Part shown: positions 35,742 to 45,420 of the stretch, one piece after another
Position numbering within the stretch: the stretch's first letter is position 1
How the letters are laid out: every line of letters begins with the position of its first letter
Notes under the pieces: model-generated
The model's input: the letters and a program-made list of their open reading frames with translations, nothing else
The model's database searches: none
Told to the model about the DNA's origin: nothing
Program-made: the position numbers and the translations under genes
NCBI GenBank assembly: GCA_004764695.1
Contig: SMSO01000031.1
Span: 7,546,761-7,610,760, forward strand
DNA from: Schizochytrium sp. TIO01
Taxonomy: Eukaryota; Protista; Bigyra: Labyrinthulomycetes
DNA length: 64,000 bases
Reading direction: 5' to 3'

Positions 35742-35756
35742 AGAACCTTCGAGAAG
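35742..35756. promoter_or_regulatory. Perfect three-unit heat-shock element (nGAAnnTTCnnGAAn)
   Basis: aGAAccTTCgaGAAg lies in the divergent intergenic region, about 1 kb upstream of the TRAP1 ATG. Confidence 0.5.
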
Positions 35757-36744
35757 AAATGTATTTCAAAGTTACTTGATAACCCCATCTGGGTTAGTTT
35801 GGGGCAAATGTAATCGAAGGAATGTGGGCAATGAAACAACAAAAAGAAAAGCCGAGGGAATTTGCAGTCTCTGCATGAAAGCTCTTTGAGCCTTCATTTC
35901 TGGAGTTAGCAGCAATATGATGTTGATGACTTCAGAAGCTTCTCTGCTCCCGATCCTGTTTCTTAAAAGGGGTGTTTGGACCACTGCCAGGGCTCTTTTC
36001 TCCACGCTAAAGCGTATGAGAGTTCAATCGAATCGACCCCAATTGGATTGACTTCATGGCAATAATGCGAAGCAACCAAAAACTAGACAAAATGGCATGA
36101 AAACGCACCACTCCCGTGCATAGTAAATGATAAAGTCACAAGCTCCAAAGAGAGCAACAACATCAAAACACAGACCTTTTTATAACGGTGAGACCACTTC
36201 ACTTGCAGATAGATGTTGATTTCTTGCGTGTGGCGGCTCTCTGCTCACAGTCCTTCGTTGGTGAATTCGAGCAGACAGACCTTATGAGGTTTTCGTGGCC
36301 GCTGCTTTGTTGCTGCAGTTTAATTCGCTTGATGCTTTCGATTCTCATTTGATGAGTCAATGCAATTCATTGCGAATAATTCGACCATTGTGATTCAATG
36401 TGACTCAGTGTAATTCGAAGAAGCGCCTTCAAGGCAGCATTTCTTTTAAATGGGCCATGCCATATACACCTAGTGAGTCCTAGCATGATCTGTGGCCTTG
36501 AAGAAAGAACATTTGAGAAACTTTGAAGAATAAAAGAGCACATTTCTATAGGTACTGTTACTAATCATTATTCCTCAAAGGTATCATATTACTGCTGTTG
36601 TGGCTATTGATTTTGTAAAGAAAAAGAAAAAAGGAAAAAGAAAAAAGAAAATAAGGTAGTCGTGGATGAAATTGCACTTGGAGTTTGCGAGCACCAATAG
36701 CAGTGCCGGAACTGTACTCGATCTTGCAGTAGACTTTCGCGAAG

Positions 36745-38856
36745 ATGTTGGCTTCCAGAGGCGCCCTTCTTGCGGGCCGCAGGCTCGCGAACCGCCGCTC
36801 TGTGGCTGCCGTGGCCCGGTCTGGTGCTGCGTACTGGCAAGATGCTGCTCTCGTGCAGTCCACAAAGTTGGTGCAGAACAACAACTTCTCCAGCTTCAAC
36901 GAGACTCGCAAGTTTTCAAGCGAAGCTAGCTCCAGCGGCGAGAAGCACGAATTTAAGGCTGAGACCTCCAAGCTTTTGGACATCGTCACCAACTCTATCT
37001 ACACCGAGAAGGAGATTTTCCTTCGTGAGCTCGTCTCAAACGCTGCCGATGCTCTCGAAAAGCTTCGTCATTTGCAAGCATCCGGTGATGAGAAGGTTCA
37101 GGTTTCCGACGGTGAACTCCGCATCGAGCTTACGACAGACAAGGATGCCGGAACATTGACCATTCGTGATAACGGTGTGGGTATGACCAAGGAGGAGATG
37201 CTCGAGAACCTCGGTACCATCGCTCGCTCCGGATCCAAGGCCTTTGTCGAGGCCCACGGTACTGACGACGTGAGCAAGAACGTCATTGGACAGTTTGGTG
37301 TTGGTTTCTACAGTGGTTTCATGGTCGGCAAGGAGGTCGAGGTGTACTCCCGTAGCTCGCTTCACGGCCCTGAGGAGGTCGGTCACGTGTGGAAGTCCAA
37401 GGGTTCTGACGACTTCTCCATTCGCCCTGTAGGCCAGGACGAGCTCGAAGGTTTTGGAACGAAGATCGTGATTCACCTCAAGGAAGAGCAGAAGGCTGAG
37501 TACACTGACTCTGATCGTGTGAAGAGCATTATCCACAAGTACTCCAACTACGTGGGCTTCCCAGTGAATGTGAACGGTAAGCAGGCCAACGAGATCAGTG
37601 CGATCTGGGCTCGCGATAAGGCAAACATCACTGAGGAAGAGTACGGAAACTTCTACCGATTTGTGGCTGGTGCCTTTGATGAGCCTATGCTGCGCCTTCA
37701 CTTTAAGACGGATGCGCCAATTGATCTTAAGGCGCTCCTCTTTGTTCCGAGCTTCCACAGTGAGAAGATGGGCATGGGCCGCATGAAGCACGGCGTGAGC
37801 TTATATTCTCGCAAGGTTCTTCTCGAGGCTAACTCCGACAAGCTTTTGCCTGAGTGGATGCGCTTTGTTAAGGGTGTTGTGGACTCCGAGGACCTCCCTA
37901 TCAGCCTTTCGCGTGAGACCATGCAGGACCAGAGACTCCTTGTGAACATCAAGCGTGCTCTCACTCGCCGTGTCATTGGACTCTTCTCCTCCGAGGCCAA
38001 GAAGAACCCCGAGAACTACAACGAGAAGATCTTCCCCGAGTACGGTAACTTCCTTAAGGAAGGTGCCGCCACTGACTTTGAAAACCAGCGCGAGATTGGA
38101 AAGTTGCTCAGATTCCACAGCAGTGAGGTCGCTGACAATAAGCTCACATCCCTTGACGAGTACATCTCTCGCTGTGATGTTGCCCAGGACAAGATCTACT
38201 ACCTCACTGCGCCTTCCCGAGAGGCAGCTCTTGCAAGCCCTTACTATGAGGTTTTCAAGGACGCCAATGTCGAGGTTCTCTTCTTGTACAACACCATTGA
38301 TGACTTCGTCATGAGTACCCTTGGCCAGTACAACGAACGCCGCTTTGTTGCTGCTGAGTCTGGAGATGTGGACCTCAGCGAACTCACCAAGAACCGCAAG
38401 GACGATGCTGAGAAGAAGGATGCTCCGGAGGACAAGACCGCTGCGGAGGTTCTCCCTGAGCTTGAGAAGGTTGAGTCCGAAGCTCTCCAGGACTGGTTCA
38501 AGACTGAGCTTGATGACGTTCTTCTTAAGGTCAGCGCCAGCACACGTCTTCGCAACTCCCCTGCCATTGTTGTGGACCACGAGTCCGCTGCTCTTCGTCG
38601 TATGATGCGCATGGTGCAGCAGGGTCGTGACGGTACCGATGGTGCCAACGACATGCCCAAGCAGCAGCTCGAGATCAACCTGAAACACCCTATTGTGCAT
38701 AAGATCAACGACTACCGCAAGACCGACGTTGAGCTTGCTCGTGCTTTGGCTCGTCAGGTCTACGACAACGCCCTCATTGCTGCTGGTCTCGTAGAGGACC
38801 CCCGCATGATGCTCCCGCGCCTCAACAAGCTTCTCGAGGAGCTCCTTAAGAAGTAA
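36745..38856 (+). CDS. TRAP1: Mitochondrial HSP90 (TRAP1/HSP75)
   Basis: Arg-rich amphipathic presequence. HSP90 motifs EIFLRELVSNA, IRDNGVGMT, LGTIARSGS, IGQFGVGFYS, GVVDSEDLPISLSRE. No charged linker or MEEVD. Strong codon bias. Confidence 0.95.
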   Translation: MLASRGALLAGRRLANRRSVAAVARSGAAYWQDAALVQSTKLVQNNNFSSFNETRKFSSEASSSGEKHEFKAETSKLLDIVTNSIYTEKEIFLRELVSNAADALEKLRHLQASGDEKVQVSDGELRIELTTDKDAGTLTIRDNGVGMTKEEMLENLGTIARSGSKAFVEAHGTDDVSKNVIGQFGVGFYSGFMVGKEVEVYSRSSLHGPEEVGHVWKSKGSDDFSIRPVGQDELEGFGTKIVIHLKEEQKAEYTDSDRVKSIIHKYSNYVGFPVNVNGKQANEISAIWARDKANITEEEYGNFYRFVAGAFDEPMLRLHFKTDAPIDLKALLFVPSFHSEKMGMGRMKHGVSLYSRKVLLEANSDKLLPEWMRFVKGVVDSEDLPISLSRETMQDQRLLVNIKRALTRRVIGLFSSEAKKNPENYNEKIFPEYGNFLKEGAATDFENQREIGKLLRFHSSEVADNKLTSLDEYISRCDVAQDKIYYLTAPSREAALASPYYEVFKDANVEVLFLYNTIDDFVMSTLGQYNERRFVAAESGDVDLSELTKNRKDDAEKKDAPEDKTAAEVLPELEKVESEALQDWFKTELDDVLLKVSASTRLRNSPAIVVDHESAALRRMMRMVQQGRDGTDGANDMPKQQLEINLKHPIVHKINDYRKTDVELARALARQVYDNALIAAGLVEDPRMMLPRLNKLLEELLKK

Positions 38857-39241
38857 ACTCCCACAGCAACCAAAACTTAGAAAAATCATTAAAGAGTATA
38901 TCTTATTTCACATTCCCTTCTTCGGCAAGATTTACGCTTAAGAATAGTGCCTTTTATTCATACAAAATTTTGCCTGAGCTGTTGTTTGTTTTCTTCTCCC
39001 CGTTCTCCCCAAAGGGAAGAAAAAGTTAAAATTGCAAGAATATTACCAAAAACTTATTAGCTTGGCAATATGACAAGTTTACAATAGAAGGGTCTCGTCT
39101 TGCCTCATGGGGCTTGGTATATGGTAGAGCAAAGCCTTTTATGGGCCAAAGACACTATTCAATATTCACGTGCTACATTACCTGTTATTAGAAAAAAGAA
39201 AACGATATTTGTTATGTATAAATTGTTCTATAAACTATTAC

Positions 39242-41296
39242 TTATTGTACCTGCACAGTTGGGCTTGTGCCCATGAAATCAGACATATTACTATTTTCGC
39301 TTCCTTGTAGGTTTGTTTGTGGTGAAGACCTTGAAGGAGCTGTGGGTTGTGGGGCTAAGATGGGCTCAGAAGGTGCGTATGAAGCAGCTTGAAGATCGTT
39401 TTTGGTCATACTAGGAGTTGAGGCAAATCCTTCAGACCTTTGCGCCCTGTTGGTGTAGTGCGCTCCACCCATGCCGTGGAGACCGGTCGAGATATCTACA
39501 TCCAAAGAAGAGCGACGCGGCTCATCGTAGTGGCGAGGAGATGAGGTTGAGTACATGTAGGTTGTTGACCCGGCAGCTTCATTTGCCTTGGAAGGGGCAG
39601 AATACTGATGCTCCTTATGGTGCATAGGCGTAAGATACGGTGATCTTTCTTGATATGTAGGTGTACGGGGAACAGTAGTATGCATATTGCCCAAAAGCTC
39701 AGGGCTAGGAGAAGGAGAAATGCCATAGGTTCCGCCAGGAGATGATGAGAATCGGTAATCAAAAGGTCCTGTGGGCGAAGGGTGAGATGTACTGCTGAGA
39801 CGAGCGCCAGGTCCAAGCTGTGCTTCGTTGATCTCCTTGTTCAAAAAGGCAATCACGTTCTGGTTCGACTCAAGCATTTTATTGCACTCCTCAAGGCGAT
39901 CCTTAGAAGCTTGGAGAGCTGCACGGAGCTCAGCAGACACCGCCTTCTCCTTTTCAAGTTGTTCCTTAGCACGTTCTGTGGCAGTCTGTTCGTCTTCAAG
40001 AGTAGTACGCGTGTCCTCAAGCACGCGTTCTTGTTGGCGAATAACAATGTTTTTGGTGCGCATTTTTTCTTTGGCTTGGCGCAGCTCTGCCTGAAGGGTT
40101 TCGATAACGCCGTTGCCCTTGTTAATTTCTTTGATGCTGAGTTCGAGTTTGCGCTGGAGTTTTGCAGAAGAAGATTTGTAGTGATTCATTTTATCCTCAA
40201 CAGCAGATCGACGTTCTTGTGCCTGCTCGAGCATTGCTGATGTCTTGTTTAGAAGATCCTCCTTATCCTCGACCTGCTGTTTCACTGCCGCAAGAGTAAG
40301 CTGTTGCTCACTGACCTTCTTTTCAAGATCGTACACGGCGGCTTGAAGTTCCCGGTTTCCTTTTCGTAACTTGTCTAATTCGGAGGTTCCATCTTCAGAG
40401 AACTTCTCTAAGGATGCGTTCTTCACGCGCATTTGTTGCAGCTCTGCATCAGACGCCGCTTTGGCCTCGTAGAGCTTGCGGTGCTCAGTTTGCAGAGCAG
40501 ACAATTTCGTCTCCAGTTCGGTGATGCGGCGGTCTGCTGTTTCCTGTTGTTTTCTCGCTTGCTCTGATGCTGCATTCTGTGTTTGAGAGAGGAGGCGCAA
40601 GGACTCTTCCTTCTGCCGCGCAAGTGTCTCTGCATGTTCGTTATTGAGTTTTTCGGTGACTTTATTAAGCTCACTCTTCAATTGTGAGACCTCATCTTTG
40701 GTCTTTTCAAGTGCATCATCCCTCAACTCAGCTTGCTTCTTCAGGTTCTCAATAAGAACTGCACGTTCATTTGCCTCCTTTTGAGCATGTCTCAGCCTGC
40801 TGGCAAGGTATGCTTTAACCGTGGCATCCGTGCCAGGTTGAAATCTGAGCGCCAAGTGCGTGAGCTGCTTAAACTGATTGGCCTCTACAATCTTGAAAAT
40901 CGGCAAATTTGCAAGGTCCAGTACTGCAATAAACTTTCCAGCATTGAGTTCGCCGATCTGGCCTCGTTGACACGCCTGCAGGAGCTCCACAAATTGCGGG
41001 GGGAAGCCCGCAAAGTCCACCAGCAAGCTTTGCTCGCTTTTTAGCTCGTGGTACTCCTCTTCAGAGACTTGCATTGTGTACAGAAAGTAGAAATCCTCGT
41101 CGTGAGTAACCTCCATGTGAAGGACCGAAACCCGTGAGTCTTGCGAAGACTTTTTGACGCCGCGCACGATTCGCAACGTAAGTAGCGTCGACCGACTCTC
41201 TGTCTCATGGCGATGCCCATTTCCAGCGTTACCTTCCACACGCACAGGGACTACGCCTTCAAAGACCGGGTGTTCGCGGTCCAGCTCCACCGACAT
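39242..41296 (-). CDS. SAS6: Spindle assembly abnormal protein 6 (centriole cartwheel)
   Basis: SAS-6 head: YFLYTMQVSEEEYHELKSEQSLLVDFAGFP, FKIVEANQFKQLTHLALRF. Followed by a long coiled coil (EINKGNGVIETLQ, NQNVIAFLNKEIN) and a disordered tail. Confidence 0.95.
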   Translation of the reverse strand: MSVELDREHPVFEGVVPVRVEGNAGNGHRHETESRSTLLTLRIVRGVKKSSQDSRVSVLHMEVTHDEDFYFLYTMQVSEEEYHELKSEQSLLVDFAGFPPQFVELLQACQRGQIGELNAGKFIAVLDLANLPIFKIVEANQFKQLTHLALRFQPGTDATVKAYLASRLRHAQKEANERAVLIENLKKQAELRDDALEKTKDEVSQLKSELNKVTEKLNNEHAETLARQKEESLRLLSQTQNAASEQARKQQETADRRITELETKLSALQTEHRKLYEAKAASDAELQQMRVKNASLEKFSEDGTSELDKLRKGNRELQAAVYDLEKKVSEQQLTLAAVKQQVEDKEDLLNKTSAMLEQAQERRSAVEDKMNHYKSSSAKLQRKLELSIKEINKGNGVIETLQAELRQAKEKMRTKNIVIRQQERVLEDTRTTLEDEQTATERAKEQLEKEKAVSAELRAALQASKDRLEECNKMLESNQNVIAFLNKEINEAQLGPGARLSSTSHPSPTGPFDYRFSSSPGGTYGISPSPSPELLGNMHTTVPRTPTYQERSPYLTPMHHKEHQYSAPSKANEAAGSTTYMYSTSSPRHYDEPRRSSLDVDISTGLHGMGGAHYTNRAQRSEGFASTPSMTKNDLQAASYAPSEPILAPQPTAPSRSSPQTNLQGSENSNMSDFMGTSPTVQVQ

Positions 41297-41840
41297 CGTG
41301 GCTTTTGGAGGCCACGATTCGCAACCCCGCGAGCTCTGCCCTTCGCTCCCGTGTGCTTTGGACCAAACAGAATTTGATGAGCTAGTTTAATGGTCTGTTT
41401 ATTACACCTTATCTACGAACTCCCTCGTTTATGCCCTTTTCTTTATTTTTTACCTTAGCGCTATCACTCTTAGCTAGTATAAATGATAGCAGTTGAGCCA
41501 AGCATGGTCGGTTTTTTCCATTCAAGATTGACCTAACCACGGCGTCTGGGTTATGGGGCAAAATACAGATAATAGTTACTTCTCTACATGAAGGGCTTTT
41601 AGTGAAGGGATTAGATGGAGCTCTACTTGCCGACGTTAGGTCACGTCTGCTTTGGTTGATCTTCCTGGGCTTGAACGGTGTGCTTCCTGATTGGAGGTTT
41701 GGGTTTGAAGCAAATGGACATCAAGGGTCCTGGTGTTGCTTCTGCTTCTGGTTTGGCCAACGAAGCGGCACTAACAGTTGGCCGTACTAGCGCGAAGGCG
41801 AAGTTGAGCTCACTAATCAGAGGTTATTTTAATCAATTGT

Positions 41841-42093
41841 TTGACTTTGTGCTTGATCAAAAACTAATAGTACTGGGGAGAGTTGCATAAATTTCACATG
41901 GTGCCGAAAGACAATAAAAAAACATGTGCAAGAGACCTTCGAAAATACTTTGGAGCAATTTTTATCAGTCGCTTGACTTTGTGCTTGATCCGAAATTTAA
42001 TTCAACACATAGTGCTGAGGAGCGGTCCATTAATATCACATGGGGTGCCGAAAGACACCAAAAAAAATATCTTCGATCATACTTTGCAGTAAT
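41841..42093 (+). repeat. Degenerate ~132-140 bp direct repeat, 2 copies
   Basis: TTGACTTTGTGCTTGATC at 41841 and 41973; CACATGG(GG)TGCCGAAAGACA at 41895 and 42037; CTTCGAnnATACTTTGnAGnAAT at 41937 and 42071. Confidence 0.85.
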
Positions 42094-42606
42094 CCAATCT
42101 GTGAGCAAATGTATCAGAAGACCTTCAACAAGAGAGAGATTAAACAAGTTGATGTCACCTATCCAAAGACATAGAAACTTAGATTACTACTGCCGTGTAC
42201 GACTCTTCGTGACATGAATTGGAATTTCTGGACTGTTCATTCATTGATTCATTCGTCCAAGCAACAAATGATGCGGGCGGGCATTCAAAGCGAATACTTG
42301 CCAGATTGGCATCAGACACAATTGGTGTTAAGAAAGTAAAAAACTGCTAAATCATTAGAAACACGAATCAATGCGGGCACCACACGATTTTCATGGAAAT
42401 GGAGCTCAAGTTTGCGAATGTGTAAAATTCAAGTCTTGTTAGTCGGGGTAGGTATGAAATTTGGGAGTGATAGACGGGACTAAACTTGATAATTTGGGGG
42501 TATGTACTACCAATGAATTCTTATAGGTTACCGTGAGAAAACTGCCCAAGCTACCTCCGTAGAGAGGATTTACTTGCACGCTTAATTAAAGATGTGCGAG
42601 GCGGAT

Positions 42607-43143
42607 TTACACGTTGTTGACGTTGTTCTGGGGGGCGTTGTGGTTCCACTGGCCCTTGTCGAGGTTGCTGTCGCGGCGAGGGGAGTTCTCAGCAGCCTTC
42701 TTGGCGCACATGGCGGAGACGAAGATGCCGATGATACCGAAGGCAGCGGTGAGGATCTCGAAGGCAAAGCCGTAGGTGAAGCCGTAGTGAATGCCGGTGG
42801 AGTCGCGGAGCTCCCAGGTGTGAGAGACGACCATGGAGAAGGCAGCAGTGGCAGCGGCGGCGGCACCGGTGTGCATGACGAGGGTACCGTAGTGAAGAGC
42901 AGGGACGCTGGAGAAGTCAGCAACGAAGGAGAAGACTACAGCGACAACGGCGAAAGCGAGGGCCACAGCAGAGGAGACCATGGCACCGTAGACCCACTGG
43001 TCACTGGGGGCATCGTCGCCAACAATGTGAACAGGAGTACCGTCGCCAGAGCCAACGTTCCACCAAACACCACAAAAGGCAATGATCGAGCATGCCATGT
43101 TAAGCACGGACAAGCCGTGGGAGAGCTGAGCGTAAGCACCCAT
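42607..43143 (-). CDS. Small four-TM membrane protein, claudin/PMP22/amastin-like topology
   Basis: Four hydrophobic helices, WW after TM1, YGFAFEI before TM4, polar C-tail. Strongly C-ending codons; AAAATGG start context. Confidence 0.8.
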   Translation of the reverse strand: MGAYAQLSHGLSVLNMACSIIAFCGVWWNVGSGDGTPVHIVGDDAPSDQWVYGAMVSSAVALAFAVVAVVFSFVADFSSVPALHYGTLVMHTGAAAAATAAFSMVVSHTWELRDSTGIHYGFTYGFAFEILTAAFGIIGIFVSAMCAKKAAENSPRRDSNLDKGQWNHNAPQNNVNNV

Positions 43144-43148
43144 TTTGT

Positions 43149-43312
43149 CTGAAGAAGATTATACGATTGATTAACGTCTGTGCGACAAACTATGGCAAGC
43201 AAGCAAGCAAGCTGTTGATCAAACTTTGGCTCGAGGAAGCTTTCGAGGTTTGGGTTTTGGTTTTGCCTTCGAGGTTGCGGGTTTGCTTTGCCATTGATGC
43301 TTGCTTGCTTAC
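43149..43312 (-). other. Predicted 164-nt 5'UTR intron of the tetraspan gene
   Basis: Donor GTAAGC at 43312, branch-like GTTAATC at about 43175-43169, acceptor TCTTCTTCAG ending 43149, 5 nt before the ATG. Confidence 0.6.
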
Positions 43313-43676
43313 TTGCGCCTCGCCAAATGCCGCTGACTCCACAGAGACAGACTCTTCCTCTCCCGAAGAGAGCACCCGCCAGAGGGGACTCCATTCATCA
43401 GTCCTGAGCCCCTCAACTGAAGCATAAAACCGAGAGTTCTTCCTCCTCACATTTGCTCTCGAGATCGTTTTGCGAGAGCGAGTTCGCAATAGAAAGCGTG
43501 GATAAGCGACAGAAGGGAGGAAGGAGAGAGGACTCCTGACTCTAGCAGTGGTCGCACGGGCGGGAGCAGACAGCTTTCTGCAGGAGGAGCTCATGAAGAC
43601 CGTTCCTGGCCAACCTGAGGGACTGATTCTCTGACTTCTTGGGTCTCTCTCTCATTTTTATTACTATCATTATCAT

Positions 43677-43773
43677 TTCTTTATTTCTTTATTTTTTTGT
43701 TTCTTTGTTTCTTTATTTCTTTATTTCTTTATTTCTTTATATGATTAGTTTATAGCAGCTCTGAGAGGGTCAG

Positions 43774-43809
<36 letters not shown>
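43677..43809. repeat. (TTTCTTTA)n followed by (CT)n microsatellite
   Basis: Directly visible simple repeats upstream of the tetraspan gene. Confidence 0.9.
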
Positions 43810-43811
<2 letters not shown>

Positions 43812-44672
43812 GCACACTCTCTCTCACGCACTCACTAACTAAATGAAGAAGGAGAGAAAGAGTGAAAGAACTCACTTACGCACTGAGCGAGGCAGCTTAA
43901 AGCGAAGCTGCTCTCTCGCTCACTCTTTCAGCAAAGCTTCGGCCAGCTCCACGGAAACTTCGCTGTCGAGAAGTGCTTTGACGGACAGGGAATTAAGAAG
44001 ACTCGCCCGCTCGTTCGACTTGCTTGCTTATGGCTCAACGCAACTCTGCGAAGGCCAGCGATGTCGAATTTCGGGGTTTTCGTCTACCTATCTATCTAGT
44101 TTTCATGCAAAAAACAAGCAAACAATTCTATTCTTGCTTTAAAAAAGAAAAAGAAAAAGATTACAAAACAAAATGACATAAAATAAAAAGTTGCTCTGAA
44201 GAATGGTGAAAACGTTTTGCTTTGATCTGGAAAAAAACTGACTCAGACTCGGCTAAGAAAGGGATAAAGGAACAGATACCTCGAATAAATCCAGCGACAG
44301 AAACACCATAAAAGGGAGCAAAGGAAGGAATTCCCGAAGAGAATGTTCTTCATGAAAATGACATTATATGAAAGAAAATGGTGCTTTTCTTGGCTTCTTG
44401 CGTGTGTCCTTCCTCATTTCGTTGCGTTGAAAACCATGTCACAGCGCAAACTGAAATCAAATAGTCATCAGTCGGCGACTACATAAACATATTCACTTAT
44501 ATAGATATATACATGTATGTATCCCTTGAGCGACGAAGCGAGCTACCTACTAATTCTAGTACCTTCTTGATTTGATTTGATTTGTAGAACAGGGATGGCT
44601 CAGCGTGGACGTTTCCTTCTTCTCATCCCCACTTGGGTAGTCGTTGGTTACACCAAAGGAGTTTACACCTGT

Positions 44673-44673
<1 letters not shown>

Positions 44674-44726
<53 letters not shown>
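44674..44726. repeat. (CAAG)n microsatellite, ~13 units
   Basis: Directly visible. The same repeat family occurs at about 1968, 13908, 43195, 43299, 46575, 48387, 48792, 51092, 52055 and 53344. Confidence 0.95.
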
Positions 44727-44727
<1 letters not shown>

Positions 44728-44762
44728 CGTATTCTTGAAAAGTGGTGCAAACAAACGAGCAG

Positions 44763-45420
44763 GCACTTCAGCGAATTTACCCTTCGACTTGGCTGAGCTC
44801 CACAGGACGTGTCCGACGGAAATAGGAAACCTTCGCAATTACAATCTTTGCATATGATGTAATATTCACCGCCACAGATCTGACTCTAAACCTTTGGAGG
44901 AGCAACACCTCCATTACATTCTACATCCGCGATAGCACGTTCACACGCATCTGCGCTGGTCCCCTCCGCTTCGTTTGCACGGCATTATGGAATAAATTCT
45001 TACAATCTTGCACAGAAGCTGATATTCATCGACTCCCAAACCTGCTCATTCATGCAGGATCACCGTGACTATCTTTTACACATACCTAATATCGATGATC
45101 ATATTGCCAGCATAACAAATAAAGCAGAGGGTTCTGAGCTCGAAGAACCTTCGTCTCTGAACCTGTACTGAGCCACACCTCAGTCTCTGTGGAAGCTTGG
45201 AGTTAGCGAGGCATCCCCAGAGTGGACACATTCACTTTGTATGCCTAGAAGTTAGAATGGGAGGTTGCTTTCGGCTTCCTTCAACTTTCTTTCCCTCTTT
45301 CTCTTCCCCGCTTGACAGCATTAATTAACTCTCATCTCGAGTGCTTCTACTTCTTCCAATGAATACCCTATCCATTAAAAATGATCTTCGACTTGACGAT
45401 ATTCATTTCTCTTTGATAAA
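44763..45420 (+). pseudogene. Decayed plant-type LRR (RLP/RLK-like) gene fragment
   Basis: Frameshift-joined translation gives ALQRIY...TGRV/PTEIGNL/QLQSLHM, TLYA*KLEWEV, RLDSIN*LSSRV and LRLDDIHFS, matching LxxLxLxxNxLxGxIPxxIGxL. Confidence 0.45.

Noticed and set aside
37036-38889. 251-aa and 362-aa antisense ORFs over TRAP1
   Set aside because: Expected from strong codon bias, which avoids TTA/CTA/TCA on the sense strand.
42592-43152. 186-aa G/E/V-rich + strand ORF
   Set aside because: Exact antisense frame of the codon-biased tetraspan gene, with no ATG start.
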